A stretch of DNA of 64,000 nucleotides from NCBI GenBank assembly GCA_965203175.1, contig OZ241867.1, forward strand, positions 6,016,001 to 6,080,000, given 5' to 3'. Below are positions 9,008 to 18,675 of this stretch, piece by piece. Under the pieces are notes generated by a model. It was not told the DNA's origin. It did no database searches and saw only the letters and a program-made list of their open reading frames with translations. Within the stretch, counting starts at the first letter, position 1, and each line of letters starts with the position of its first letter. The position numbers and the translations under genes were made by a program. This stretch comes from Candidatus Latescibacterota bacterium. Its GTDB lineage: Bacteria > Latescibacterota > UBA2968 > UBA8231.

Positions 9008-9769
9008 TTATCGAGAAGAATGAGCAAAGGGCACGTGCTGCTCGGGAAAATTGCCGTAGCTGTCCTCGCCGCGCACCAAGACGGTCGGATACTTGTTGCC
9101 CAGCGAGTTGAGCTCGGGCTGCGCAACGTGCGGGGCGACGTAGCGCAGCGTCAGTCCGCAGCGGCGGCGATTGGAGGTGTTGGGGTTGCTGGCGTGGAAT
9201 ACTTGGCCGTCGTGAATGGATATCTGGCCCGGCGCGAGCACCAAATCGACGGCTTGGCTGTCATCGACGAGTTCGTCGGGGATCTCCTGATTAATGCTGA
9301 GCAAGTTGCCGGCTCTGGCCGACTCGCCGTGAGTGGCAATGCCGTTTTTGTGCGAGCCGGGGATGACCCGCATACAGCCGTTTTCCACATCGCTGGCATC
9401 CACGGCCACCCAAGCGGTGTGGGCCTCGGGCGGCTCTAAGCCCCAGTAGGTGACGTCCTGGTGCCAAGCCACAAAGTGCTTGGCCTCTGGGTCGGGATAT
9501 TTGCAGAAAAAGTGCGTTGAAAGCAGCATAATGTCCTCGCCCATGACCTCCTGCATGGCGTCGAGGATGCGCGGATCCGTGGCCATCTGCCAGATGAATT
9601 CCTCGTCGAGATGGCGGGCTTGCAAGCCGATCTGGCACTTTTCTCGGCCCTCGCGGGCTTCCAACTCGTCGAAGCAGGCGCGAAAATGATCAATCTCGCT
9701 GGCGCTGAACAGCTCGACGCCTGTGAGAAAGCCCTGCTCGGCATACGTCTGGGTGGCGTCTTGAGTCAT
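9008..9769 (-). CDS. Phytanoyl-CoA dioxygenase (PhyH) family protein
   Basis: Start reassigned to MTQDA (ATG 9769). WHQDVTYW, ENGCMRVIPGSH, FHASNPNTSNRRRCG. Confidence 0.9.
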   Translation of the reverse strand: MTQDATQTYAEQGFLTGVELFSASEIDHFRACFDELEAREGREKCQIGLQARHLDEEFIWQMATDPRILDAMQEVMGEDIMLLSTHFFCKYPDPEAKHFVAWHQDVTYWGLEPPEAHTAWVAVDASDVENGCMRVIPGSHKNGIATHGESARAGNLLSINQEIPDELVDDSQAVDLVLAPGQISIHDGQVFHASNPNTSNRRRCGLTLRYVAPHVAQPELNSLGNKYPTVLVRGEDSYGNFPEQHVPFAHSSR

Positions 9770-9875
9770 AGTGGCTCCGTTTTTGTAGGGCTGCGGTTCC
9801 GTGTATATATTGCACAAATCCCCCGCGCGAAACAAGACTCGATTCGCCGCGTCAACACATATGAGGAAGGCCGCA

Positions 9876-11108
9876 ATGGGCAGTGTGCAAATCAACGAGG
9901 ATCTGCTATCGGACAGCACCTATTTTGCCCCAGCAAGTCGGCGTGCCGCGCTAGCAGAAATGTTCGAATTCCGCGACCGACGGGTCGTATTCGGGGCGGG
10001 TGCCCTGTCGCAGCTGGCCGATGAGTGCGTCCGTCTCGGCGCGGGCCGGGTGCTGCTCATCCACGATCCAGGCATCGCTCCACTCGTCGATTTAGTCCGC
10101 CAAGCCCTCGGCGATTTAGACGTGGTGAGCGCGTACAGCAAGATCGCGCCCAATCCCTCCGTGCAGAGTGTCGATGCCTGCGCACACGCACTGGCAGCCA
10201 CGGACTTCGACGTAGCCATCGCCTTGGGCGGGGGCAGCACCATGGATACGGCCAAATCCGCGCTCTGCACCGCTGCCAATGGTGGCTCTGTGGCCGATTA
10301 CTTTGGCTTTGACCTGTACGAAAAACCACCGCTGGCCCCACTCGTCGGCATCCCAACCACCGCGGGCACGGGCAGCGAGGTCAGCCGGGTGGCCGTAATC
10401 GCCGACGCAACCGGCAAGAAGGCCGTGTACAGCAGCTATTTACAGCCAAAGGGCGCGATAGTGGACCCGCATTTGCACCAGAACATGCCGCCAGTATTGA
10501 CCGCGATCACCGGCTTGGATGCCCTCGGGCACGCCCTCGAATGCACGGCTTCCACCAAGAGCAATGCCATCGGCGACGCCGTAGCGCGAGCGGCCCTGAC
10601 CGCAGGCTGCCCGGCGTACGTGCAAGCCGTAGTCCACGGCGACCTCGACGCGCGCTATCAAATGGCGCGCTGTGCCCTCCTCGCCGGACTGCTGTTGAGT
10701 CCGATCAACACTGGGGCCGGCCACGCACTCGGCTACGGGATCGAGAAGGTTTCCTTTGAGCGTGGCACACCCGTGCCGCACGGCGCGGCCGTGGCCCTCG
10801 TCTTGCCCGGGGTAATGCGGCACAACGCCCCGGCTGTGGCCGACAAATACTACTTTGCCGCGGGAGCCGCCGGGCTGGCGCTAGGTGGCAAGAGCCGCGA
10901 GGAAGGGGTCGAGTTGGCCGCGGAGTGGATCGACGGGTTGCGGCGGCAGCACACCCCCTACGGCTCGCTGAGCGCGGCCGGGATAAGCGCCGCCGACATT
11001 CCGCAAATGGTCGAAAGCGCCCTGAGCGTCCAGCGCTTGCTCGAACCCAATCCGGTCGCAGTGGAAGCAGACGATGCGGCCCGCATCTATCAGAACGCAC
11101 TAAACTAA
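9876..11108 (+). CDS. Iron-containing alcohol dehydrogenase family protein
   Basis: GAGGAAGG RBS before ATG 9876. ALGGGSTMDTAK, IPTTAGTGSE, DALGHALE, GHALG, PHG metal ligands. Confidence 0.9.
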   Translation: MGSVQINEDLLSDSTYFAPASRRAALAEMFEFRDRRVVFGAGALSQLADECVRLGAGRVLLIHDPGIAPLVDLVRQALGDLDVVSAYSKIAPNPSVQSVDACAHALAATDFDVAIALGGGSTMDTAKSALCTAANGGSVADYFGFDLYEKPPLAPLVGIPTTAGTGSEVSRVAVIADATGKKAVYSSYLQPKGAIVDPHLHQNMPPVLTAITGLDALGHALECTASTKSNAIGDAVARAALTAGCPAYVQAVVHGDLDARYQMARCALLAGLLLSPINTGAGHALGYGIEKVSFERGTPVPHGAAVALVLPGVMRHNAPAVADKYYFAAGAAGLALGGKSREEGVELAAEWIDGLRRQHTPYGSLSAAGISAADIPQMVESALSVQRLLEPNPVAVEADDAARIYQNALN

Positions 11109-11126
11109 AGCGAAAGGAAACGCGCA

Positions 11127-11600
11127 ATGGCGTTTGATCCTCAGCTTCAGCGGCAAATTATGGGCCGCTTTGCCACCGGCGTCACCGTGGTGACCACCTC
11201 CTGCGACGGCCAACTTTGGGGCATGACGGCCAACGCGGTCATGTCGCTTTCCCTGTCGCCGCCGCTGGTGGTGGTCTCGGTTGACAAAAGCGCGTCCATG
11301 CACGGCCTGTTGCAAAAAGCCGAGGGCTTTGCCATCAACATCCTCAAGCGGGAGCAGGAGGACCTCTCCGTGCGCTTTGCCCAGCGCGGCCCCAAGGACT
11401 TTGCGGACCTGGCGACCAAAGTGGCCCAAACCGGCGCGCCGATTTTAGCCGACGCCTTGGCCTATGTGGACTGCAAGCTAGTGGACATCGCGGCCGCGGG
11501 CGACCACGACATGTTCATCGGCGAATGCCTCGCCGGCGAGGTGGGCGATGGCGCACCGCTGATCTTCTTCGGCGGGCAATACGCCGAGTTGGCAGATTAG
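11127..11600 (+). CDS. Flavin reductase (HpaC/RutF-like)
   Basis: MGRFATGVTVVT, GMTANA..SLSLSPPLV, AGDHDMFIG. Confidence 0.93.
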   Translation: MAFDPQLQRQIMGRFATGVTVVTTSCDGQLWGMTANAVMSLSLSPPLVVVSVDKSASMHGLLQKAEGFAINILKREQEDLSVRFAQRGPKDFADLATKVAQTGAPILADALAYVDCKLVDIAAAGDHDMFIGECLAGEVGDGAPLIFFGGQYAELAD

Positions 11601-11627
11601 ACTTACCCAAGAGAAAGGAATGCTGTG

Positions 11628-12029
11628 ATGAGCAAAAAAATCGTCAAAAGCGAAGCCGAGTGGCAGCAGGAACTCACCGAAGAGCAATACCACGTAACCC
11701 GGCAGAAGGGTACCGAGCGCGCCTTTACTGGCGAGTACAATAGCAATAAAGAGCAGGGCGTCTATCGCTGCGTCTGCTGCGGTAGCGAGCTGTTCAGTTC
11801 GGAGACCAAGTACGATTCGCGGTCCGGTTGGCCCAGTTTCTGGCAGCCCGTCTCAAAGGACAAGGTCGCCGAGGAGCGCGACATCAGCCACGGCATGGTG
11901 CGCACCGAAGTGCTGTGCAGCCAGTGCGACGCCCACCTCGGCCACGTCTTCCCCGACGGCCCTCAGCCGACCGGCCTGCGCTACTGCATGAACTCAGCGG
12001 CGCTCAAATTCGAGCGCGAGCAGGAGTAA
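11628..12029 (+). CDS. msrB: Peptide-methionine (R)-S-oxide reductase
   Basis: [36 protein letters not shown]. Confidence 0.97.
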   Translation: MSKKIVKSEAEWQQELTEEQYHVTRQKGTERAFTGEYNSNKEQGVYRCVCCGSELFSSETKYDSRSGWPSFWQPVSKDKVAEERDISHGMVRTEVLCSQCDAHLGHVFPDGPQPTGLRYCMNSAALKFEREQE

Positions 12030-12031
12030 TC

Positions 12032-13267
12032 TCAACGCTCTAGCACGATCCCCTCGCGCTCAATCCGGCTGAACATCGCCCGGTACTCCTCCGTACCGTC
12101 GTCGTCCCAATACTCCGTTTCAATGGGCGCGGCATAGCTCATAGGCATCAGGCGGTTGCGGTCGGGCCGCACCATGAAAATCGAGTTGGCCGGATCGGCG
12201 ATGTTGTACATGCGGGTGCTGTTTTTGAAGCGCGATTTGATGATCCACTTTTCTTGTGCCGGCAGCTCTAGCGCTTTCAGCCGCTCCAGTTCTTCCCGGT
12301 CTAAAGTCAGCCCCAGCCCCGGTTTTTCCGGCACCCGCACAAAGCCGTTGATCGGGTCCAGCCGCTCTTCTACCACGTCGCTTTGCCAGACCTCGTAATC
12401 GTTGTGGCAGTGGAAGGTCGCCGTGGGCGCAGCGGCCATCATGTGTACGACCATGGCGCGGGTGATGGCACCGCCGACGTTTTGCAGCATAAAGGGCTTG
12501 CCCGCCGCGGCAAACAAGCCAGCGCGGCGCATGGCATCGCCGATTTTTGCGTGCCCGAGCATGTAGATATCGGCCGGCTCCATCAGCACCTCATAGGTGG
12601 CCCCCAGCGGGAAGTGGTGCAAGACGACGGGCCGCTTGGCTCGCTTGCGCAGGTCGATGTAGCCCTCGATGTCTCCGGGCGGCAACGGGTCCTCAAAGCA
12701 ACCGGCAATCGGATACTCGGCTAGCCTTTCCACCAGCTCGGGCATGTGGTCGTCCGTGCCGTGCATGGTGAAGTCGTAGTGGATCTTGAAGCCGGGCGGC
12801 GCAACGGCCTGCATGGCCTCGGTCTGGTCAAAGACGTTTTCAAACGGCGAGAGGTGGTACTTCAGCCAAGTGTAGCCCTCTGCCGCGTAGCGGGTTACGG
12901 TCTCGGCCATGTGCTCGGGATGGGTCGATACGGTCCAAGCACCCACGGGCACAAACGACCGATACTTCTGGCCGAACAGCTTATAGACGGGAACGCCGGC
13001 AGCCTGCCCCATCAGGTCGTACATAGCCGTGCCCAACCCCAGCGAGGTCTCATCGCCGATCCAGTCAAAGGGGTTGCTGCCGATGTATTGGTCAATGGTC
13101 TCCTGCGGCTCGGGCCTCCCGCTCTCGCCGAGGCCAATCCGACCGTCGTCGGTGTGGGCGATGTAGATCGTGCGGCGCGCGGGGCCGTAGTAGTGGTTGA
13201 GCGGGTAGGCGATCCAGTCGTGGTACGCGAGTGCGATTTCGTGGACTTCGATTTGGGTAACTTGCAT
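12032..13267 (-). CDS. Mandelate racemase/muconate lactonizing (enolase superfamily) protein with atypical active site
   Basis: GLGES, AMYDLMGQAAGVPVYKLFG, PGLGL. KYH, DFT, EDP and LHH stand at the usual catalytic and metal positions. Confidence 0.85.
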   Translation of the reverse strand: MQVTQIEVHEIALAYHDWIAYPLNHYYGPARRTIYIAHTDDGRIGLGESGRPEPQETIDQYIGSNPFDWIGDETSLGLGTAMYDLMGQAAGVPVYKLFGQKYRSFVPVGAWTVSTHPEHMAETVTRYAAEGYTWLKYHLSPFENVFDQTEAMQAVAPPGFKIHYDFTMHGTDDHMPELVERLAEYPIAGCFEDPLPPGDIEGYIDLRKRAKRPVVLHHFPLGATYEVLMEPADIYMLGHAKIGDAMRRAGLFAAAGKPFMLQNVGGAITRAMVVHMMAAAPTATFHCHNDYEVWQSDVVEERLDPINGFVRVPEKPGLGLTLDREELERLKALELPAQEKWIIKSRFKNSTRMYNIADPANSIFMVRPDRNRLMPMSYAAPIETEYWDDDGTEEYRAMFSRIEREGIVLER

Positions 13268-13291
13268 GATGGGATGCCTTTCCGCTCAGAG

Positions 13292-14260
13292 TCAGGGAAA
13301 TTTGAGCACGACCTTCAGAGCTTGGTGCGGCTCGGGATCGTCAAAGGCCATGGCAAAGGCTTGCTGGATCTCGGCAAAGGGCAAGACGTGGCTGACGATC
13401 GGGGCCACGTCGATGCGCCCTTGGACGATCCAGTCGAGGGCCGGCCGGTAGTCGCGGTCGGGATTGGGGCCGATCGAGAAAATCAAGCGCAGCTCTTGAC
13501 GCAACAGGTCCAACATCCTGACCGTCACCAAGCCCTCGATGTGGTCTTTGTCCGGGACGCCAAAGCAGATCACCTCGGCGTTGCGGTAGCAGAGGTCCGG
13601 CACGAGGCCGAGGGTCTCGGGCACGCCCACGGCCTCAACTGCGAGACCGGCCATAGCACCGCCGGTGATCTCGGCAACCGCGGCGACCGGGTCTTGGGAT
13701 GCCGAGCAAATCGCATGCGTGGCCCCCATCTGGCGGCCCACCTCCAAGCGGTACGGTAGCGGATCAATCGCCATAATGCGGCGCGCGCCGAGGTTGCGCA
13801 GCACTGCGTTAAACAACAGCCCCACCGGACCTTGGCCGATCACCACCACATCGCGGTCAATGATGTTGCCCAGCTTGTAGAAACTGTGGATCACCGTGCC
13901 CAAAAGCTGGCTCATCAGCACCTTTTCCTCGGGCAGGTCGCCGGGCAGGCGGATGCAGCCACCGTCGTCTTTGGCCAAGACGTACTCCTGAAAAAGCCCG
14001 CGGTCAAATCCCCACAACAGCACCCGTTCCCCCTCTCGATAGCGGCCCGACGGGCAGACTTCAACCACGCCCATGCCTTCGTGCCCAGTGGCCCCAGGCG
14101 GCTGCGGATAGCGCTTGTGGGGGCCGCAAAACGGCGGCTTATCGCTGCCGCAAACCGCGACCCGCTCCATTTTCACCAGCATCTGGTCTCCGACCGGCTG
14201 GGGTTTGTCCGTCTCGATGATTTCCCACTGACGCGGGGCGACTAGTTGGGCCGCGCGCAT
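13292..14260 (-). CDS. Zinc-binding dehydrogenase (MDR family)
   Basis: Start reassigned to MRAAQ (ATG 14260). CGSD, GHEGMG, GQGPVG. Confidence 0.88.
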   Translation of the reverse strand: MRAAQLVAPRQWEIIETDKPQPVGDQMLVKMERVAVCGSDKPPFCGPHKRYPQPPGATGHEGMGVVEVCPSGRYREGERVLLWGFDRGLFQEYVLAKDDGGCIRLPGDLPEEKVLMSQLLGTVIHSFYKLGNIIDRDVVVIGQGPVGLLFNAVLRNLGARRIMAIDPLPYRLEVGRQMGATHAICSASQDPVAAVAEITGGAMAGLAVEAVGVPETLGLVPDLCYRNAEVICFGVPDKDHIEGLVTVRMLDLLRQELRLIFSIGPNPDRDYRPALDWIVQGRIDVAPIVSHVLPFAEIQQAFAMAFDDPEPHQALKVVLKFP

Positions 14261-14286
14261 ACCTTCCCTTTCCATTTTATCATCTA

Positions 14287-15498
14287 TTAGTCGAAGAAAT
14301 CGGCGTCTTCCTCGCGCAAATAGCGCCGCGCTTCTTCGGCGATTAAATCGACGCCCATCCCGGGCGCGTCCCAAACGGCGATATGGCTATCGACCACAAT
14401 CGGGTCGGGCAAGCCCTCGACAATGTCGTACCACCACTCGGGCTGGCCGGTCGGATACTCAAAGGCAATGTAGTTTTGCGGCAGCGTCGCCGCGACTTGC
14501 ACCAAGGCCGCCAAACCCAACAGGCCGTCGAGCACGCCGTGGGGAGCCATGAGAATGCCGTGCATATCGGCGTATTCGGCCACCCATTTTAGCTCCGCAA
14601 TCCCGCCGATGTCGCAGGGGTCTGGGCCGATGATATCCACGGCGCGCTTCTCAATCAGATCCTGAAAATTGTGCCGCAAGTAGATCTGCTCACCCGTGTG
14701 GATCGGCGTTGAGGTGCTTTGCGTAACCTCGCGGTAGTGATCCGCCGACACGTAGGGAACGTAATCGCCGGTGAGCATGTCCTCTAGCCAAGCCACATTG
14801 AGGTCTTCAACCGCCCGCGCCAAGCGCAGCGCATCCGGCACGAGCATACCCGGGCCCAAGTCCAGCGCCAAGCCAACTTCGTCGCCGCACACTTCCTTCA
14901 TCGCGCGGATGCAATCGACGATGTAGTTGAGGCCGCGTTCACTCAAGGGGCCGCGATTGGCGTGAAACGGGCCAGCTTGGTGCGTGCCGTAAAAATGTTT
15001 GGGCGACTCAGTGATCCGCCCGCCGTGGAAGGCGAGGCCCTGCTTGATGATGCTAAACTTCTGCGGCGCGTCTATCATGCGCTGCATGTTGTCCGCGTAG
15101 TCCTCGGGTGGGCGGCCCTCCGCGGGCGAGTGGTCGCCCTCCATGGGGAAGCGCACCGCGCCATTGTACACCCGCACGCGGTCGCGGATTTTGCCGCCGA
15201 GCAGCTTGTACACGGGCGCACCCACGGCCTTGCCAGCAATGTCCCACAGCGCCATTTCAATCGCGCTGACCGCACTGCCCCAGGGCTTGAAGCTGCCCAA
15301 GCGCCGGATATTGAGCATCACCCGCTCGACGTCGGTCGGGTCCTGGCCGAGGATGCGGTCCTTGTAGAACAGCACGTGAGGCTTGAGGTAGGACTTGCTC
15401 GCCTCGACTTCCCCGAGGCCGTAGATGCCCTCGTCGGTATTGATGCGCACGACCGGGTTGTTGCCGATGACCGCGCATTTGAGATCCGTGATTTTCAT
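14287..15498 (-). CDS. Mandelate racemase / sugar-acid dehydratase (DgoD-like) enolase-superfamily enzyme
   Basis: SAIEMALWDIAGK, VYKLLGGKIRDRV, LALD, WLED, HTGEQ, MAPH, PGMG. Confidence 0.9.
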   Translation of the reverse strand: MKITDLKCAVIGNNPVVRINTDEGIYGLGEVEASKSYLKPHVLFYKDRILGQDPTDVERVMLNIRRLGSFKPWGSAVSAIEMALWDIAGKAVGAPVYKLLGGKIRDRVRVYNGAVRFPMEGDHSPAEGRPPEDYADNMQRMIDAPQKFSIIKQGLAFHGGRITESPKHFYGTHQAGPFHANRGPLSERGLNYIVDCIRAMKEVCGDEVGLALDLGPGMLVPDALRLARAVEDLNVAWLEDMLTGDYVPYVSADHYREVTQSTSTPIHTGEQIYLRHNFQDLIEKRAVDIIGPDPCDIGGIAELKWVAEYADMHGILMAPHGVLDGLLGLAALVQVAATLPQNYIAFEYPTGQPEWWYDIVEGLPDPIVVDSHIAVWDAPGMGVDLIAEEARRYLREEDADFFD

Positions 15499-15523
15499 AT
15501 TTTTCCCTTTTCGTTTCGCCGCC

Positions 15524-17275
15524 TTAATGATTCTGTCGAGACCGCGTCGAGGTCTTGACCGACCGGTGCGGCGGTCTGCTCTCGCCCATAGTCTCCATGG
15601 TCATGAGCTGGATGATGTCGCTGCTGGTGACCGCGCCCAAAAACTTTTCCGAATCCCTTTCCACGACGGGCATGACGGAAAGAGAACTCTCTGACATACG
15701 TTGCAGCACGTCTTCGACTTGCTCATCAGGCCAGGCCAATGGGGTTTGGCGGCGTACCACTGCGTCGAGCTGGGTCTCGCTCCAAGCGTCCTTAGGCAGG
15801 TAGCGGAGCATCTCCAGAGACACGATCCCGACCAGCGCTTCCTTATCTGCCACGACGTAGTGGGGCTGGTGCGGAACGATCCACTGCTCCGTGAAATCAC
15901 GCACTGTGACCGAAGACGCAGGATGCCGACGCGAGCGGTCCAGAATGTCATCAATTTTGATGTCTTCCAGTGCGAAGCGGACTATGCCCAACGGAATGTC
16001 GTCAAGTTGCGCTGGCAGGTCACTCCTGCGGCTGGCCCGGCTCACCGCGAAGTTGATCACCGACGGCATGAACAGAATGTAGCAGAACATGACCAGCACC
16101 AAGAATGAGAAAACCACCTCGTCAATGATTCCAGAATTCCACATAACCAGCAGCAGCGCGATTTCAGCCACTCCCTTACCCATCAGCCCGGTGGCCACGG
16201 CGTAGGGAACGGCGAGGCGGGACACGTAAGCGCCGATGAAAGCGCCAGTGAAGTTGCCGAGCAATGGGATCAGCGCCAATCCCGCCATGGCCCCCAGCGG
16301 CAAGGTTGCGAAGGTAAAGCTGAAGCTCAATCCGGCGGAAGCAAAGAACAGGGGCACGAAAAACCCCTCGGCCACGCTGCGAATCCCTGGGATGATCTCC
16401 CGCTGCACTTGGTAGGGAAGGCTCGACAGCGACGCCCCGAACAGTAAAGCACCCAGTGAGCCGTGGAGTCCCACTGCTTCCGCGCCGTACACTATCAGGA
16501 AGAGCATGCCAAGCAGCAAACCCAAGGAGAGTTGCGGCACCTGGATCACCCGCTGCAACAGCGCCACCAACGGCGGCAGCACCCGCGACGACAATACCCA
16601 GGTCACCACCGAAAAACCGGCAACCTTGCCCAGCAAAATCAGTATGCCGACAGGCGAAACTTGGTGGGCGTGTTCGCCGATGCTGAAACCGATCACCAGC
16701 AGGGCAATCAACTCGGCGATGATCACCACCGTGAAAATTTGCAATCCAACCGGCTGTTTCAGGTATCCGCCGTCCGTCAGCACTTTGGCCACGATGCCCA
16801 GACTGGTCATCGACAGCACGCCGGCCAACGCCAGCGACTCGGTGAAATTCAGTTTCAGTCCGAAATCGAAAACTAAATCCGTGGTGACCAGCAGCGAAAT
16901 GCTTAGTGACACGATCACGGACAGTACGGCCGCGAGGAAATAATGGCCTTTGAGGGACGACATGAAACTGGAAATATCCACTTCGTCCAGACCGATCAGG
17001 AAAAAAAATATGAACACCCCCAGCGCCAAAACCAACTCGAGGTGCAGCGAAGACTCAATCCACCAGACGCCGGTCAGTTCCATGACCGGCCCAAGAAACA
17101 TACCTGTCGCCGCATAGGCGATGATGGAGTTCAACCGCAGCCGGCGAAAAACGCCCTCGGCCAACTTGGCGACGATGATGAGCATCCCGAGAGTCAACAG
17201 CGATTGGTGCAGTTCATGCGCGTGCTCACCAAATCTGAACAGATCCACTATCTCTTGGAGCGAGAAGCCTTCCAT
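15524..17275 (-). CDS. Cation/H+ antiporter (CPA2/Kef-like) with C-terminal CBS pair
   Basis: About 12-13 TM segments, LSMTSLGIVAKVL, FFVPLFFASAG, MGKG. CBS-like VGIVS..., MPVV..FLGAVTSSDI. Likely start ATG 17275. Confidence 0.85.
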   Translation of the reverse strand: MEGFSLQEIVDLFRFGEHAHELHQSLLTLGMLIIVAKLAEGVFRRLRLNSIIAYAATGMFLGPVMELTGVWWIESSLHLELVLALGVFIFFFLIGLDEVDISSFMSSLKGHYFLAAVLSVIVSLSISLLVTTDLVFDFGLKLNFTESLALAGVLSMTSLGIVAKVLTDGGYLKQPVGLQIFTVVIIAELIALLVIGFSIGEHAHQVSPVGILILLGKVAGFSVVTWVLSSRVLPPLVALLQRVIQVPQLSLGLLLGMLFLIVYGAEAVGLHGSLGALLFGASLSSLPYQVQREIIPGIRSVAEGFFVPLFFASAGLSFSFTFATLPLGAMAGLALIPLLGNFTGAFIGAYVSRLAVPYAVATGLMGKGVAEIALLLVMWNSGIIDEVVFSFLVLVMFCYILFMPSVINFAVSRASRRSDLPAQLDDIPLGIVRFALEDIKIDDILDRSRRHPASSVTVRDFTEQWIVPHQPHYVVADKEALVGIVSLEMLRYLPKDAWSETQLDAVVRRQTPLAWPDEQVEDVLQRMSESSLSVMPVVERDSEKFLGAVTSSDIIQLMTMETMGESRPPHRSVKTSTRSRQNH

Positions 17276-17312
17276 GGTCTTGAGGGTCTCCGTAGGTGCC
17301 GTTTGGGGGTCT

Positions 17313-18590
17313 TTAGTACGGGCCTCTAAGTTTTTCGACCCCGTGGTACTTGCCGTCCCTACCAATCACGGTCAAGAACACGGCGTCGGAGCCCTGGTTA
17401 TCGTCCGGCCCGTATTTGAGCTGCATGCCGTCAATTTCTATGGTGCCGGCATCTCGCACCGCGTGGAGAAGGCACTCTCGACTCAGGTCGGGGCCGCAGG
17501 CTTTGAGACCGGCGACGGCCAGGCGTCCGGCCAGATAACCTTCCAACGAAACGAACCCGGGTTCCGCTTGGGGGTCGTACTCGGAGAGGGCGCTGTGGTA
17601 TCGAGCCACCACGGGGATGTTTTCGTCATCGGGGAGCGGAACTACTTGCGTAACGTACACGCCGGCCCCGTCGGGCCCCAACTCGTTCGCCAAAGCGTTG
17701 CTCCCCACAAAGGAGACCGTCATGAATACTGGGTCCAGCTCTCGCCGCACCAACTCTATGGTTTTGACCACCGGCTTGTAGGAGCCAATCATGATCACCG
17801 CTTGCGGATTGGCCGCGGTGATTTTGAGCGCGGCTCCCTTCACGGCGCGGGTGTTGCGTGGGTAATGCGAGGCCGCTACCGGCTCCAAGCCCCGGCGCTC
17901 CAGTGCCAATCGCGTGCCCTCCAGCCCGTTCAAGCCGAAGGAATCATCCTGATAGAGGACGGCAACGCGGGTGATCCCCAAATCCTCGGTGAGCCGCGCC
18001 ACCATCTCCTCGGTTTCCTGGTAGTACGATGCCCGGACGTTGAGCACATTGTCCAACTCCCGGTCGCGCAAGAACTCGGCCCCCGTGAACGGAGCCAAGA
18101 AGGGCACCCCGGCAGCCCGGGCCAGCGGTGATGCAGCGCGGGACGTGGGGGTGCCCACCGCTCCGATCAGCGCGAATACCTTTTCATTCTCAATCAACTG
18201 TTGCGTGTTGGAAGCGGCAAAGTCGGTTTCATAGCCGTCATCCAACGCCTTGAGCTTCAGTTCGCGGCCATGGACGCCCCCTTCCCGATTGGCCTCGTGG
18301 AATGCCGCCTCAATTCCCAGGCGCATCGCCTTGCCCAATTCCTGGGCCGGTCCGGTGAACGCGGCGGATTGACCAAAAAGGACGTGGTCGTCGGAAAACC
18401 CGGGGTCCTCGTGGCCTTCTTCCTGCGCCGTTGCCGGGTGCGGCGTATTCATTCCCCTTCCGCCGTCATTTGACTCGGGGGCATCCTGCCCGCCCAGACA
18501 GGCCATGCCAAAGGTCGCCAGCAGCAACCCTGCAATCATCACAAGGGGGGTTATCAAGTGAGAAACCAAACGCTGCGCCAGCTCCAGCAT
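17313..18590 (-). CDS. Periplasmic ligand-binding (lipo)protein, close paralog of 2119-3288, orphan
   Basis: Shares long identical blocks with 2119-3288 (FGQSAAF.GPAQELG, VFALIGAVGTPTSRAA, RASYYQETEE, DNQGSDAVFLTV). Lipobox-like FGMAC. Start uncertain. Confidence 0.87.
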   Translation of the reverse strand: MLELAQRLVSHLITPLVMIAGLLLATFGMACLGGQDAPESNDGGRGMNTPHPATAQEEGHEDPGFSDDHVLFGQSAAFTGPAQELGKAMRLGIEAAFHEANREGGVHGRELKLKALDDGYETDFAASNTQQLIENEKVFALIGAVGTPTSRAASPLARAAGVPFLAPFTGAEFLRDRELDNVLNVRASYYQETEEMVARLTEDLGITRVAVLYQDDSFGLNGLEGTRLALERRGLEPVAASHYPRNTRAVKGAALKITAANPQAVIMIGSYKPVVKTIELVRRELDPVFMTVSFVGSNALANELGPDGAGVYVTQVVPLPDDENIPVVARYHSALSEYDPQAEPGFVSLEGYLAGRLAVAGLKACGPDLSRECLLHAVRDAGTIEIDGMQLKYGPDDNQGSDAVFLTVIGRDGKYHGVEKLRGPY

Positions 18591-18675
18591 TGCGTTCTTC
18601 TCACTGGCAGATTGTGGAAGAGTAGCATTAGCGTCTTCTTCTGCGATGACAACGGCTGCCTGTAGTATAACCAAT

